From Clostridia bacterium (GTDB lineage: Bacteria > Bacillota > Clostridia > Christensenellales > Aristaeellaceae), in NCBI GenBank assembly GCA_024404275.1, contig JAKSQG010000004.1:1-26831 (forward strand): a DNA stretch of 26,831 nucleotides. Reading direction: 5' to 3'. Both the position numbers and the translations under genes were made by a program. Below the pieces are notes generated by a model, which was not told the origin of the DNA, made no database searches, and worked only from the letters and a program-made list of their open reading frames with translations. Shown here one piece after another: positions 25,658 through 26,831 of this stretch (position 1 is its first letter; every line of letters begins with the position of its first letter).

Positions 25658-26328
25658 TGCTTCAGCACCGCCTTATACCCCAGTCCGCGCACGGTAACGA
25701 TCTCAAAATCGTTGCTGTCACGGAATTTGTCACGCAGACGGTTGATGTGCACATCCACAGTGCGCTCGTCCGATTCGCTGTCCATGTCCCAGATCTCATC
25801 CATCAACTGGCGGCGGGTAAAGATGCGTCCGGGATAGGAGAGGAGCTTAAACAGCAGCAAAAACTCCTTCTTGGGCAGCGCCTCTGTTTCGCCGCTGACG
25901 ATGACGGAAAGTGAGGTAAAATTCAGTTCCGTACTGCCGATGGTCAGCTTGCGGTCGGCGGCGATGCGGCTGCGGCGCAGCAGGGCGGCAATGCGCAGCA
26001 GCATCTCTTCTTCGTCCACGGGTTTGACCATGTAGTCGTCTGTGCCAATCAAAAAGCCCTTGTGCTTATCCTGCGGGGCTTCACGGGCCGTGACCATCAG
26101 AATGGGAATCTCACTGCCGCTCTCACGCAGGGTGCGGGTAAACTCATAGCCGTCCATGCGCGGCATCATAATATCCAGAACGATCAGGTCCACATGGTGG
26201 CTGTCCATCATTTCCAGCGCTTCAACGCCGTCGCGCGCGCAGACGGGCTCGTAACCGTTCTGCCGCAGCACCGTCGCCATCAGGCGGCGGGTGTTGTTGT
26301 CATCCTCCACAACCATGATCTGAAACAT
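25654..26328 (-). CDS. OmpR-family response regulator
   Basis: MFQIMVVEDD receiver start 7 nt after GGGAGGG. The C-terminal winged-helix shows VDVHINRLRDKF and RGLGYK motifs. Stop TGA overlaps the kinase ATG (ATGA). The longer 26523 ORF start is rejected. Confidence 0.9.
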   Translation of the reverse strand: MFQIMVVEDDNNTRRLMATVLRQNGYEPVCARDGVEALEMMDSHHVDLIVLDIMMPRMDGYEFTRTLRESGSEIPILMVTAREAPQDKHKGFLIGTDDYMVKPVDEEEMLLRIAALLRRSRIAADRKLTIGSTELNFTSLSVIVSGETEALPKKEFLLLFKLLSYPGRIFTRRQLMDEIWDMDSESDERTVDVHINRLRDKFRDSNDFEIVTVRGLGYKAVLKQ

Positions 26329-26461
26329 GTGCAATCCCTCCCTTTGTACAACTGGTATTGTAGCATATAAATATGAAGTTGAGTTAAACAATCCGAATCG
26401 TTTTTTGTATTCTTTGACAGTTTGCACAATAAACGTGAGCAATCTTTGTGTATTCTGCGCC

Positions 26462-26490
26462 TGTTCAATCTGGTGGTTTTTTAGTATAAT
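26462..26490 (+). promoter_or_regulatory. Candidate promoter for the downstream ABC ATPase gene
   Basis: TGTTCA (26462-26467), 17 nt spacer, TATAAT (26485-26490). Confidence 0.35.
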
Positions 26491-26552
26491 TACAGCATCG
26501 TAAATCATGCTCATCCTGAGCAAAGAGGATATATTTAAGGAGGATCTGTATT

Positions 26553-26831
26553 ATGGCAAGCTTGACCCTGAATCACATTTACAAGATCTACGCCGGCGGC
26601 GTGACCGCTGTAAGCGACTTCTGCCTGGACATCGAGGATAAGGAGTTTATCGTTCTGGTCGGTCCTTCCGGCTGCGGTAAGTCCACCACCCTGCGCATGG
26701 TCGCCGGTCTGGAAGAAATCTCCGACGGCGAACTGTACATCGGCGACAAGCTGGTCAACGATGTGGCCCCCAAGGATCGCGACATCGCCATGGTGTTCCA
26801 GAACTACGCTCTGTATCCCCACATGACCGTG
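26553..26831 (+). CDS. Sugar ABC transporter ATP-binding protein (MsmK/MalK/UgpC-like), 3' end beyond window
   Basis: Not in the ORF track because no stop is reached. ATG 26553 lies 9 nt after AAGGAGG. Translation is [93 protein letters not shown]. Confidence 0.88.
   Translation, partial: MASLTLNHIYKIYAGGVTAVSDFCLDIEDKEFIVLVGPSGCGKSTTLRMVAGLEEISDGELYIGDKLVNDVAPKDRDIAMVFQNYALYPHMTV

Noticed and set aside
26329-26523. 65-aa N-terminal extension of the response-regulator ORF.
   Set aside because: The stretch is AT-rich promoter-like sequence. The receiver domain begins at MFQIMVVEDD, directly after a GGGAGGG RBS.
1-26831. Search for tRNA/rRNA genes, CRISPR repeats, transposase or integrase genes, inverted terminal repeats, and defence-system-like cassettes.
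   Set aside because: None found. The intergenic regions are short and are accounted for by promoters, terminators and the T-box. Every sizeable ORF has a plausible housekeeping or transport assignment.

Overview
GC-rich chromosomal segment that looks like a Clostridia (Oscillospirales-like) gut anaerobe; the taxon is an inference from protein families and operon style. I see no mobile elements, CRISPR arrays, tRNA genes or rRNA genes. Gene content is ordinary housekeeping and accessory metabolism. In order it holds a TIGR00300-like gene end, a NUDIX hydrolase, an iron-sulfur flavoprotein and tldD/pmbA. Next come a ROK regulator, a Y-family polymerase with a YolD-like gene and an esterase, then fba. 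These are followed by a GtrA / small protein / large membrane glycosyltransferase-like trio. A long minus-strand operon reads aroB-aroC-aroQ-aroA-tyrA-(BadF-type kinase)-(NhaC transporter). A Trp T-box leader drives an LDH/MDH-family dehydrogenase plus a TrpXYZ-type ABC transporter. The window ends with azlCD, an OmpR/histidine-kinase pair and the start of an MsmK/MalK-like ATPase. The main signal is at the level of the genetic code. Four conserved genes (Y-family polymerase, chorismate synthase, ABC ATPase, histidine kinase) each have one in-frame TAG. Conserved sequence continues in the same frame after each TAG, with no new start codon or RBS. All 28 gene ends visible in the window use TGA (16) or TAA (12), and none uses TAG. 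Reading TAG as sense also restores classic ATGA/overlap coupling with neighbouring genes. I read this as UAG being decoded as an amino acid in this organism, by reassignment or efficient suppression. The window shows no suppressor tRNA, RF1 status or pyl genes, so the claim needs whole-genome checks.
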